Shown: positions 51,380 through 64,000 of the stretch, piece by piece | How positions within the stretch are numbered: the first letter of the stretch is position 1 | How the letters are laid out: the number at the start of each line of letters is the position of its first letter | Source: Paramecium tetraurelia | Taxonomy: Eukaryota | NCBI GenBank assembly: GCA_000165425.1 | Contig: CT868019.1 | Coordinates: forward strand, 496,001 to 560,000 | Direction: 5' to 3' | DNA: 64,000 nt | Notes under the pieces: model-generated | Told to the model about the DNA's origin: nothing | Databases searched by the model: none | The model's input: the letters and a program-made list of their open reading frames with translations, nothing else | Position numbers and translations under genes: made by a program

Positions 51380-51902
51380 TTATTTTAGTGATTGTTATAT
51401 TTATATAACTATAATTTAAAATAGTATTAATTATCAACTTATTTAGAATTGATTAGATTGATTATTATTCGAAAGTTTAGATGTTTTGAAAAATAAAATA
51501 AAAGAAAGAAGAAATCAAACATAAAATATGTAGGCAAAAACTTAAAAATAGAAAGAATTCTAAGTGGAAATGGAAAAATAAAGTGAGAGATATATATAGT
51601 TATAACCTTGTCTACTTATTTGATAATATTTAAAAGGTACCGCTCTTAATTTTTAATTAATTCATTTTGCAATTATTCATCTTATGGCTGATTATCTATT
51701 TAAATGCAGTTGTGTATAATAATATATAAAAACTGTTACATTAACAGAGGAAGAGGAATGAAAAAGTACATACTTACAATTTGAAACTCTAATTCTAATA
51801 GTTTTAAGAAAATAGTTAATATGGCAAAGTTAGATTGAATAAAAGCGAAAAAGGATTGTTTTTAAATTACTTATTATATTATTTTATTGATTGATATATA
51901 TA

Positions 51903-54900
51903 ATGTCTGAGAGTGAAAATTTCAAATTAAGAAGAGAAATTATACAGCTCAAAAAACAAATTGAGTAATTGCGAGAAGACGGTCGCTAGAAAGATTAAAG
52001 AGTCGCATTTTTGGAAGCAGAATAAGAGTTTCATTAGGGGAGATATGAGGAATAGAAGGCAAAATATAATGATTGCTTTACCAGAATGAGAGAATTAGAA
52101 AAGATGGTTAATAGGGATGATGCATATACAAAAGAGACCTTAAAGAATTAATTAGATAAAGCAAAGGATGATTTAGATAGAGAGAAGGCAGCTGTTCAAT
52201 AATACATCGATTAATTGGAGAAGGTGAAACTTGAAAATGGTAATCTGATGTGGCAATTGACATAATTATCGTTGAAATACAAGGATGAAAATATAGTCAA
52301 GGATGAATTCCATTACAGAGATGAAGTTTAGGATAACAGAGAAAAATTGAAGAATTTGGTGGAAAAAACAAATGCTTTGAATTAGGCCATTGAAAGATTG
52401 AGTGCTGAAAACAGAGTGTTGAGAAAGATGGCAGGAGTTCCAGATGATTATTAATTTGAATTGGATGATGTGATTTAAGAAGGATAATTGTAAGTAGAGA
52501 AGTACAGAGCTCAAGTGATTGAATTAGAGAGAGAAGTGGAAGAATTGGAAGAAGAGAGAGCAAGGTTGAGAAGAAAATTGAGAGAATAAGTTGCTGGAGG
52601 TGAAGTGAATTTGGAAGAATTCGATACTTAATCAAATAATCAATTGAGAAAGGAAAATTAGGAATTGAGAAGTAAAGTAAAGATGTTGGAGGAAGAAAAT
52701 GCCCATATTCGTTAAAATTAATAAGATTATGGAGCTATGGGCATGGGCACGTAGTAAGGAATTATGAGAATTACTAATGATCAGATGTAAGAAATGATGT
52801 AGAAATAATAACAGGAACTAAAAGAACAGCTTTAAGAGATAGTCAAAACTATGAAAGGGTAAAACTATTAGGAGACTACATAAGTCAAATAATCAATTAT
52901 TTCATAAAAATAAGTTGTTGATACAACTGGATTGGATAAATTAAGTGTTCCTCCTAATCCTATCCCAGGAGCATTTGGAAATTATAATGATATTAAAGAA
53001 GGTTACAGTTAGCGATTTAATGTTAGATTTCCAGTAGATATGTCCTCAGCATATGGGGATTCAGGTATGGATCAGATGTAATTGAAATACGAATTAGCAT
53101 CATTGCAATTGTAGAATATAGAGACCTTGAGATTATTGCAACAGAAGGAAGCTGAGTATACCAATTTATTATAAGAAGTTACTACAATTAAGGAAGATAT
53201 AAAGGGCAAGTGTTTGTTGGTTTAAGACCAATTGTTTGTGAAGTATATTGAGGAGAGAGACAAATTTAAGGTGATGTATGGAGAAATCCAAGAGAAATAC
53301 AAGGCTTAATTGGATTTGAATGTGGAAGCCAAGATTAAGTTAGCTCATTATGAGGATTTTATGAGAGACAGAGAGAAGCCAAAGAAGGATTTGGAAGACA
53401 AGTTGGGGGAGATGGCTAAGAGAACTGCAATTTTAGATGTCAATTTGATCAAATTATCAAGAAAGTATGATGCATTGACTGAAGAATATAAATAAATGAA
53501 GACCAGTTATACAATAGTAGAGAGTGAGAGTATGGCAAAGGAGAAGGAATTGTTAGAAAAAATATATAATTTGCTTTCATGGAAGAAATCAGCAGAAGAA
53601 CATATGAAGGTTATGATCAAAGAATTAAAGAATTCAGTACCATCTGATTTATTCAACAATCTTAGACAAAAGTTGGAATACACTTAGGATAAATTGGCTA
53701 ATGCCCAATTGAAAGAGGCAGAGTTCTAAAAGAGAATTGCAACTCTTGAAAGTCATGAGAGAGAAGCATTTGAAAGAGGAGAGAGAGTAAGGTAATTGGA
53801 AGAAGAATTAGTGGAAATTCAATTAGAAGAAGAAGTGATTAAGAAAAGATTGTAGAGTTTTGATCCTGCTTTTGATAAATATGTTAAGATATATGAACAC
53901 ATTGTAGAGTTTATTAAGATTAAAAATATATCGGTTATAGAAATATTCAAATTATTCGATGAGAATGGAGACAACAAGATTTCAAGAAGTGAATTCACCA
54001 CAGCTATTGGTAACATTGGAGTTCCTGTCAATAATGACGATATGGAAATTGTATTCATGTTTGTAGACTTAGATGGAACTGGCTAAATTGAATATTAAGA
54101 GTTCATTCGAAAACTTAAGAGATCAGGAATCAATCTCAGAAAACCAGAAGATTAATTGCTATATCAATTATATAATGCAATCAAGGAGTCAGGATATGAC
54201 TTAAGATCTGCTTTCTAAGCATTTGATACTAATTGTGATAATGTCATCTCCAAAGCAGACATGAAAGAAGCACTTCTTTAGATGAATATAAAACATGATC
54301 AAAAAGCTATTGATTATATCTTTAGAATGGCAGACACTAGTGGAGATAATCAAATCAACTATGAGGAGTTTTATGTATTATTTGATGAAATTGTTAAAAG
54401 CGAGTTAATTAATTAAGGGAAATCAATCTAACTAACCTTAGATATTAAGTATCAAATTATGTGTAAATTGGATCAATCAATTAAAGATTAGAGATTAACA
54501 TTACTTGATGTATTTAACATGATAGATAGAGATGGAGATCAAATTATTACATTAATGGAATTTTAAGCTCTATTCAGAGAATTAGAGGGAGGTATCGCCC
54601 CTGATTTGATTAGATAACTGTTTGATTAGATGGATTAAGATCGCAATGGTCAAATAAGTTATAATGAAATGTTAAATTATTTAAGAACGGCAAAGACAGA
54701 AGAGGAGAAATACCAGAAGTTGCAATTTATTTAGTAAAGAACAGAACAACTGAAAAGTTTACAGGAAGCAGATGTCAATCTTCAAAAAGCAAAACTAGAA
54801 AATAAAGGATAAACATTAGAAGATAGATTAAAAATGAAAATAAGCATATTAGAAATGAGGGAGAGAAATGCACATTAAAAATGTGAAGTTCTACTCAACT

Positions 54901-57639
54901 AATTAACTAATACGGAGTTAAAACTAAAGGAAACAACAAAGACTTTATTTGAACTATAAAATTAAATGGAGAAATCCAATGATACTTTCTATAGAGATAG
55001 AGAGGAAAAGCTTATGTTGTTGGAAAGATTGAAAGGAGCATTATCCAGAGAAGAAAGCGAAAAAATGACTAAGCAAATCGAATAATAGAGATTGACCATT
55101 TCTGATTAAAATAGTGCCATCACAACGTATAGACAATTGTATGATACTGCAGTCATGTAGACTAAGAGTATGAAATTAACTATAGAAAAAATAAAAAATG
55201 ATACGGACACTATGTAGTAAACAATAAAAGAATTACAGGCAATATCAGATTAGAATATGATGATTGGCAAGTTGTATCATCATCTCATGGTTGCAAGATG
55301 GCATGAGGCATAAACTAATCAGAAGTATGAGAAAGTCTTGGATGAATTAAGAAAACTCAAGTTGTAATCTGAATCATATGATACAACAATTCTTAAACAA
55401 TCATAAGAAATTATTTCATAAAATACGATCTTTTCAGAACAAATTAAATCGTACGAATAATAACTCACTGAACTCAAATTAAAAATATTACCTACTGTTA
55501 CTTTACAAAGAGTTGAAGAATAAGCGAAAAGAGTCAAAGAATTGTCAGATATGAAATCTGAGGTTGAAAGACAAAACAGAGAATTGAGAGACAGGTTTTA
55601 TGAATTACAATTAAAGGCAGATTATTTTGATAATTACAAGGAGAAATTAGATAATCTAGAGAGAATCTTAAGATAAAATAATCCTGACGAATTAAGTTAA
55701 TAAATTATAACAGTTAGTTAAAAATTATCTGATGAAAAAATAGAATTGCTTAGGGTTAGAAGGGAGATGTAAGTTAGTGCGGAAAAGCAAGAATACTATT
55801 AAAGATTAAATAAACAATACACTGATACTATTAAGAAGTTAGAATATGAATTAGCACATGCTGATTTGGACTTAAGAAAAAGAGAAGAAGATTGGAGGAA
55901 GAGATTCTATGAACAAAGAAAAACTATTTTTGCCTAATTAGGACTCATTGAAAAAGGAGATATAAAAGAGTTTTCTTAAAAAAATACAGATGCTAGCAAA
56001 ATGCTTATTGATGCAATTTAGAAAAAGTAGAATTAGCAGACTGAATACCAAAATCAGCCAACTGAATAATAGTAAATAGAAAATTCACAACTATAAAGAA
56101 GAATATAAGAATTAGAAGCTTAAGTCAAGGCAAAAAGCATAGAAATTGAAGCGTATGTAGAAAGATAAAAGATTGTTGCTGGAGGTTCCACTGTGTTTTA
56201 ATAATAACAATTAGAAGATTATACAAAGACTTTATTAGCTCAAGAAGCTGAAAAAGTTTCTACTGCGGGTTAATAAATGTTAAAGGCTATGCAGGAAATA
56301 ATTAAGGACAAGGATAGAGAATTAGAAAGAAAGGAATAGTAGATAGAGGCTATGCGACAGGAGTCTTTAATGAATAAGAAAAAAGATGTTTCAGAAATAT
56401 AAAGATTAACTGATTTATTACATAAAAGAGATTAAGCACTACAAGATGCAAACAGAATGGGTAATAACACAAATTTCAATAATTTCTCATATCTGTAATA
56501 AAATTAGATGTCTGAATTATAACCAGTATTGATAGAGAAATATTAATAATAATTATCAGAAAAGGATAGGAAAATAAAAGATTTAGAATTATCATTCGAA
56601 GCAGAGAAAAATGCTTTGAAGAAAGTAAAAGAACAATTAACGAAAACTATTGCAATGAAGGAATAATTAGAAATAGATTTGGAGAGCGAAAAGAAATTGA
56701 ATGAAAACATGTAATATGTATCGAAGATTGAGAAATTATAAAATTTAGTGAATGAAAAAAATAGTTTATTGGCTTCATAAAAGAAAACTATTATTGCTTT
56801 AAAAGAAGAATAATTTAAAATAGCAGGAGAATCTATGAATAAGGAATAAACTTACAAAAGTAAAGAAGCTAAATTAAATAATAATACAACTGAGCTTGAA
56901 TTTAAATTAACTAAAATGGTTAATGAAACGAAATTATTAAAAGAGGAAATCAAAGATAAACAGAAAAAGTTAGAATAACTGTAAGAAAAGGAAATTCAAA
57001 ATAGAGCATAAATGACAGATCTACAAAAGAAAAACTCAGAACTTAAAGCAATTATCTAAGCTGGAGGTGGCAAATTAGAAGAGTAAGATTAAACAGTAAC
57101 AAATATTTAAGCAAAACTTTAATAGTTTAACTAAATGTCAATGGAGAAAGTATAATTAGAAAGAGAAATTCAATTTTTAAAGTAATAAGGAGGAACAAGA
57201 GAATTATTTGATAAAGATGCTACATTAAAACCATCAACAGGGTTATATTTTAAGACATTCTCAGATTTGTTGGATACTCTGAAATAATATTTAATAACAA
57301 AACCTAAGTTTGATTTACTTTTTGAATTTAAAAAGTTGGACAAATAGTCAGAATATATACTGCCAATGGCAAAGTTCTTTGAAGTGTTATCCAATGCTGG
57401 AGTAAAACTGAAAACAAGGTATAATGTTGTTTAATATTTTTAGAGATCAAAAATTAGTGATTGACACGATTAAGACAAAGGATGAGAATGCAGATTACTA
57501 TTTCAAGTTTTACTATGTTTATAAGGGTTGGGCAGACAATATTGTTCAAACTGATTTAGAAGATAAATCTTAATTATAGTAATAGCCACAAATCCAATAA
57601 CAACAGTCTTAAAAGTTTAGTTTAAAAAATAAAAAATGA
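51903..57639 (+). CDS. CEP290: CEP290-like transition-zone coiled-coil protein (~1,900 aa) containing six EF hands
   Basis: Segments recalling CEP290: ENRVLRKMAGVP, EKYRAQVIELEREVEELEEERARLRRKLR, RTAILDVNLIKLSRKYDAL, LKNSVP, QAISDQNMMIGKLYHHL. One micro-intron near 57419-57442; upstream exons possible. Confidence 0.7.
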
Positions 57640-57680
57640 GATGATTGTAATTGAAATAAAATAAATAATGAATTATTTAC

Positions 57681-58899
57681 TCAATTCATTTCTATAGATA
57701 AATTATATTTCTTATATTTACTAGTTGAAATTCTTGGTTTTGAAGTATTTGTGCTGGATCTCCTATTTATAATTATAATCTTTACTATTTTATATTTAAC
57801 TAAGGCTTAATCTGCATTGTGGGTTATTGCTTTTATTAGAATTGTTATTATTGCTGTTTTTATTGCTTTTTATTTTTATTACTATTTCATTTGATTAAGG
57901 TATTGGATTGTACTTTAGGCTCTTACATCCATTCCAGTGTTACATCTAGATTGATTAGTAACTGTAGTTTTATTTTTTTAGTTATTATTTGATAACCTGG
58001 CTTTCATCTCTTCCAAAGGTTCAGTAGAACATCGATTCGAATTTCTCTGATAACTCGATAGAGACGAGCGATTTAACAATTATTTTTTTTGTAGTATTTA
58101 AGCTACGGTTAAAGCTTATTGCTGTAAATCCATAGTTTAACTATTAATATTAACATTAAGATTGATATGACTATTATTGACATTAAAGATGGTGTTGGCC
58201 TTGGATGGATTGCTCTTACTTTTCTATTTCGATAAGATGGCTGCTAGATTGGTTTTGCTGAGAGACTTTTTAGATTCAGTTGGAATGGACTTCTTCACAG
58301 AGGAGGTTTTGGTATCTATTTCAAAGGGTCTTTGATTTTTTTTACTTATACTTCCGTTGATAATGACTATTATAATGAGTTGTACTATTGGAATTGCTCT
58401 TTGCTCTGGAGGCCCCTTTTTATTCGCACTTTTTCTTAACAAAATCTTTGCAATTTATTGTATGCAACTTCCTTTCTAAATCGTTTAAGATCGTTCTATA
58501 TGTTTATTATGTAGCTGCATGTTTTGCTTTTTTAGGTTGAGGAGGCTTTAATTTTTATTAATAAGGTTTTGGCTACAATACAACCGCATCATCCGATAAA
58601 TGCTCAGATGAACTATTAAAATTGAAATTTAGATCCAATTAATCCTCTGATTTTTCATTTCCTTCTGTTTTTAAACGTTGTGGAGATTCGATTGTTTAAT
58701 ATTTATCAGGTGTTTCTTCAAAAGGTATTCGAGGAAACACATAATCCTATTTTGATTATCTAAATTTGAATTCGATCTCTTCTCTCTATAAACATCTATT
58801 TGAAGATAACGGTTGGCAAACTTGCATAAAGTAATCGTCCGTTCTATTCGAAGAATCACAATTAAATTTATCAGTCATCTGTGAATATATATCATCCAT
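57681..58899 (-). CDS. Hypothetical low-complexity (Q/S/N-rich) protein
   Basis: MDDIYSQMTDKFNCDSSNRTDDYFMQVCQPLSS..; 3' end approximate. Confidence 0.55.
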
Positions 58900-58999
58900 T
58901 TCTTATAATTATATTAATAATAATTGTTATGAATAATTAATATTTTACATTCTACTTAAGAACTTCACTCTATATTTCCTATTGAAAATTAAACTCAAA

Positions 59000-59703
59000 A
59001 TTATTTTAATAGGTTACTTAATATATGCTGAGTGTGATAATCACTAAATAATTTTGCATCTTAAAATTGAGAGTATTTTGTTTCTCAATTATGTTAATCG
59101 ATCTTGAAAAACCTAAAATTTTTTATTCTTTGATTAAACTCTTAAAGTCCCCTATTTAAGTGTTGCATATGAATTCACTATTTTTAATAGATCGATTATT
59201 CAAATTCTTTTGTGGTTTGGCTGTATATTTTTATCAATAATTATTTTTCTAAATATCTTGTGTAGTATTCGAAAAACATATTCTTTTTTGAAAATAATTT
59301 TTTATTATAGCACCCATCTTTTACTTTACAAATTATTAGTGGTCATTTATTTCTTATAATTCAATCAATTTTAAATACTAATTCTCATATTCCATAAGTC
59401 TCTTTCAAAAATTTATATAATTAATTAATTAAGTTACTATTTGAACTGGGAGGATTGGTAATACTTTTTATCATCTTTTTCTACATGAGAGGAATGTTGT
59501 GATAAAAGGATCCAATCATGGATTTTTGGAATCCTATAATGAACAGATTTCTTAAATTAAAAATTTAATATTTATTCCAAAAACTTTTGTTCAAGAAATA
59601 ATAAGCAATCTATTTTTTCTAAAATATTTTTCTAAATCTCCAAACCAATTTTAACACTCTAATTTCTCATATTTTATATAAGGTATTTTAGGCACTCTTT
59701 CAT
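59000..59703 (-). CDS. Possible hypothetical protein
   Basis: MKECLKYLIQNMRNQSVKIGLEIQKNILEKIDCLLFLEQKFLEQ.. is open for about 100 codons; boundaries unresolved. Confidence 0.3.
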
Positions 59704-59965
59704 TTTTGAAGTTTGTAAAATGTGCTATTAAATACATTATGAATTTGTCTTTTTAGTCCAACTAGTATTAAAATGATCAATACCACTATATTTTGATATT
59801 ATAATTTATTATAAATTAATTACTGCAATAATATATTTATATAATAAGAATATTTTGGCTGAAAATTACAAATATTATCATCAGAGAAAATTTATAAACT
59901 TGACTTTCCCTATAATATAATCTCTAATAATTAATTATTGATTAATAATTTAAATTATAATATAA

Positions 59966-62663
59966 ATGAACACAAATAGAACTGATCATTGTTTATTACA
60001 AGATGGTTATTTTGGTCCTTGTATTTTAATTGATTCTGCCAATATAAACAACTATAAAAAGAATTCTCCTTCTAAGAATTCAATCACTTCAGATATTAGT
60101 TAGAAAGAGATTGAATCTAATAATATCTCTCAAAATGTAGAAATTTTTCCAACAATTCTCCAAATTTCCAAAGCCAAGCAAAACTTCAGGAATAATAAAG
60201 GCAATCCTAATTAATAATCATAAAGTAATTTCATTAAGGGTAGCAAGAGACAATTATTGGAACCTAAAATATAGAAATCAGAACGGCCTTCCTTTATGAG
60301 AACCCTTGTTAAAAATAACATCATCAATAAATTTAAAAATAACCTATTTTCATCAGCATATGTTCTTCCAAATGAAATGAAATACATCTTGGAAAACGAA
60401 ACCTACATCTACGAATAAAAGGAAAAAACAAAAGCCAATTAAACCAAAATAGAGATGAAGTAATTAAATTATATCTTTAAGTCAGTAAAGAAAATGGGTA
60501 TGCCACCAAAGTATCGGAATTAAGTATGCTACTAATGCCTGGCAAGAATCTTACGATTTTATGGGATTTTATGTCTTTATTTGTTTTGTTTTTGAGATTA
60601 TTCTTTTGCACTATGATTGCCGCATTTGGATAATAGGATAAATTTTTCAAGGGAATTGAATTTTTCTTCAACACATATCTCATATTTGAGAGTGTGCTTA
60701 CAATTTATAGACCAATTATTCTCTAAGGAGAAATCATCAGTGAAAATTAATAAATATGGATTCTTTACTCAAAAAATCAATTGATAGAAGATTTAACCAG
60801 TTTCATAATTTGGTTTTTGATTTATTTTGATTTAAATGAAATTTTAGTACTCAATGAAATTTTGGCCATATCATAAATTATTTTAACAGTTCGATAGATA
60901 TTAAGAAAATATAATATTCAAATTGAATAATTGTATCTAAAAGGATTTAATAGTCACTTTCTAGATTTAATAAGTCTGATTATAATTATTTGTTTCTTTG
61001 CTCACTTTACAGCTTGTTTATGGCATTATATTGGTTACATTACAATTAATTAAGGCTCCTGGCTAACATACGCTCATATCATAAATGAAGATATTTGGGC
61101 ACAATACAATTATTCTTATTATTGGGCTACAATGACAATGGTTACTGTGGGATATGGAGATATTACACCTAAAAATTAGGTTGAAGTAGCATTTGCATCA
61201 ATAATAATGATATCCTCTACTTGTATGTTTGCTTATTCAATGAACTCGATAGGAGTGATAGTGAAAAATATTTATGATGAATAAACAAAATTTAAGTATT
61301 GATTTTATTTATATATCAAAGGAGAACTTTAATATTGATGAGTAAATTCATGTCAAAGAATGAAGTTGATTCTTAGATTTAGAGTAGAGTGAAGAATTAT
61401 ATTAAATTTAGTATCGAACATGAAGTTATGGAGAATAAAGAAGAAACTACGAAAATATTAAATGATTTGCCAGTTGGTTTAAGATTAGAATTAGAATCAG
61501 ATATTTAATAAAAAACTATATAAAAGATAAAACTCATAACCGATTATTTTTCAATATAAACATAAAACCAAGTAAAAAACAATCTGATTCCAGTCAAATT
61601 CACTCCTAAGGATATAATATATCATAGAGAAGATATAAAAGATAAAAATTTGTATAAAAATATATATATATTCTTTAGATATTTCATTTCTGAAGGGGAA
61701 GTGCAAATTTTAGAAGAGCAGAGCTAAAAGATTATAAAAAGATTGAAAGCAGGAGATGTTTTTGGCGAATTTTAATTTTTCACTGGATAAAATACCAAAG
61801 AATCAACTATAAGTGTGGGATTTACATAATTATATAAGATAGACAGAGATAAATTTATAAGTATCATAAAGTAAACCCAAAAGGATTATGAGAAGTTTCA
61901 TAAAATCAAAGATTCAATTTTATATACCAAAAATTACACTAGCATTTTAACTAAATGTTATTTATGTAATAAATTTTCACACAAAGATATTGAGTGTCCT
62001 TACTTAACATATCAACCCTCTAAATATCTAAAAATTGTAAAATTTAATAAATTTGATTTTAATGAGAGAGAAAAATTCAAAAGAAAAGAAAAAAAAAAAA
62101 TAAAATCTTAACTTGATCAATAATAGATTGAAGCAAGCATTAAAGACTTTCAAGAATTTCTATCCATATCATTTATAGAAGAATACAATACTCAAGTTCA
62201 AACTTATTAGGTATCTGAAACTAGTGGCCAAGTTGAAACCACACCAGTAGAAGAATTGCGAGAAAAATCATAGAATTCTATATATAGAAATATTCAATAA
62301 AACGGGTTAATTCAATAGAGCGGGATGGGTAGAAGAGGATCGAATACACCAATTTTGGATTATGAAAAAAGGAAATCCTTAGTTTTAGCTAAAAAAAAGT
62401 TATCTTTTACAGAAGAAGAGAAAAGAAGAACATAAATTTATAGAGAAACTTTAATTTTTAAATAATTAGATCAATTTTAAGTCAAATAATAATTCTATGT
62501 ATTGGAAGGATTTGATAAAATGCAAAATTATGTAGATTATTTACCACATAACAATGCTAATTAAGTGATCAGAAATTCTAACAAAGAGAAACCAAAAAGT
62601 AAGTAAATTAAACCTTAAGTCTTTAAATTTTCTAATAGTTTTAGAGTGATGAAAAATATATGA
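59966..62663 (+). CDS. Cyclic-nucleotide-binding-domain (EAG/HCN-like) potassium channel
   Basis: Six-TM pattern; pore YWATMTMVTVGYGDITPKN; C-linker RVKNYIKF..ILNDLPVGLR; CNBD YFISEGEV..GDVFGEFQFFTG; micro-introns including 60460-60485. Confidence 0.92.
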
Positions 62664-63319
62664 TTTTATATTTTAATTTAATTAAAATTTCAAAAATTAT
62701 GAATTCCAGATAAAATTTTCATTTTGTCACATATATTTCGAGGCTCGAAGACATTATTTATTAAATCCGTTAACTGAAATTTTTATGAATTTTATATTCT
62801 CATTTTATAAATTTTAACTAAATTATTTCTTTATTTTAATATTTTTTTATGCGAACTTTTGAAATGTTAATCTTATAAACTATCTGTTTATATCAATTAG
62901 AAATTGTAAATATTTTGTTTTTTTGGATAAAATTTATATTAGTTTAATTAATAAATAATATTTCTATTTCAATAGTGAAATTTCAGTTTAATATTTTAAA
63001 AGTTAAATTTAGAAATGATTGTTCTAAATAATAATGGTAAGTTTTATTTTTATAATCATAATTTTAGATACAAACCATTAAAATCCTCATTTTTCCTTAG
63101 TGTTTGTTGTAATGAGTTTTTCATTTTTATTCTTTGTTAATAGATTACTCAATATTACTAATTACTCTTTCTTTATGTGCGAATTTTACATAGATTTCAG
63201 GTTTTATTGATTAATGGTTCATTTAAAATATTTGTTATAAAAATATCATAAAATTATTAAACTTTTGATGATCATATACTTAAATGAGAATGCTAAATAT
63301 TATTAAATGAATTTAGCAA

Positions 63320-64000
63320 TCAACTTAAAACAACTTTGTTCACTTGTTCTCGTTCTTTTATTGAGCTCGATTCAAATATTCTACCAATTTAGATATCAAA
63401 ATTAGGTAGCCTATTTACAAGCGGAGATGAGTCATGACAATCCTCAGTATCACACCTTTGTTTATAAATTTCATACAAAGATGAAAATTATTCATAAGCA
63501 GCCTTCAAAGTGATTCTGTCAGATGTATTCTTTTCCAATAGAGATTTCAAAAGATTCTATATAACTGCATAAAAATCTTACAATAATACTCAAAGAGAAA
63601 GCATTACATTTTTCTTGTTGCAAATTTAATTAACAAATTCTGTTGTTGTGGACTAGCTATTCCGTTGTGTCACCTTTAAAAGGCAATTCATTAAATAACC
63701 TAAAGAATGAATCAGTTAATTACAATAGATAAAGCATACAACCACTGCTAAAAATATCACAACTAAATGAGTAATAAGTGCATTAAGAATTAAGCACTTC
63801 AGGTGCTGCATATCCGGGTGTACCACATTTATATAAAAGATATCTGTTAATATTGGTGAAGGTTGCAAATCCAAAATCTATTATGGTAAGAGAATTGAAA
63901 TCATCTTCTTCTGCTAAAACTAAATTTTATGGTTTTATATCCCTGTGTATAATCTATATTTAATTGTCCATTTACTTCTAATTAGGATAGTTTGATTAAG
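63320..64000 (-). CDS. Ser/Thr protein kinase (CAMK-like), 5'-truncated by window edge
   Basis: IIHRDIKPQNL, IIDFGFAT, KCGTPGYAAPE, DIFSSG; the 3' end may extend to ~63090 via an intron. Confidence 0.85.

Noticed and set aside
52266..57394. Several hydrophobic minus-strand ORFs
   Set aside because: Antisense shadows of the purine-rich coiled-coil CEP290-like CDS.
1..64000. IESs, Tc1/mariner elements, telomeric G3T3/G4T2 repeats, tRNA or rRNA genes
   Set aside because: Conserved genes read through without insertions other than micro-introns (macronuclear-like), and I recognised no transposase, terminal inverted repeat, telomere tract or structured-RNA signature. Small ncRNAs or short IESs cannot be excluded without covariance-model and read-mapping searches.

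Overview
Eukaryotic, very AT-rich, gene-dense DNA from a ciliate, almost certainly Paramecium (macronuclear-type sequence). Evidence: TAA/TAG read as Gln with TGA the only stop (genetic code 6), 22-28 nt GT..AG introns, intergenic gaps often under 60 nt, and Paramecium hallmark genes (epiplasmin, trichocyst matrix protein). The supplied standard-code ORF track is therefore mostly fragments and antisense shadows; I re-translated by hand with code 6. About 30 protein genes are supported, including a CDPK, two further kinases plus a probable pseudokinase, CKS1, a TIS11-type CCCH protein, RING/LONRF E3 ligases, a TmcB-like PAS membrane protein, a CNBD-family K+ channel, an epiplasmin, a TMP and a CEP290-like protein with an inserted six-EF-hand module. 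The most notable items are a tandem pair of jacalin-like lectins (one with a ~20x PPPGQY repeat, glycine zipper and poly-His tail), a ~1,300-aa secreted His-rich protein ending in a beta/gamma-crystallin-like domain, the EF-hand CEP290, the pseudokinase, and divergent start codons only 14 nt apart. I recognised no rRNA, tRNA, CRISPR array, transposon or telomeric repeat. Gene ends are hand-derived; some are approximate because not every micro-intron was resolved.
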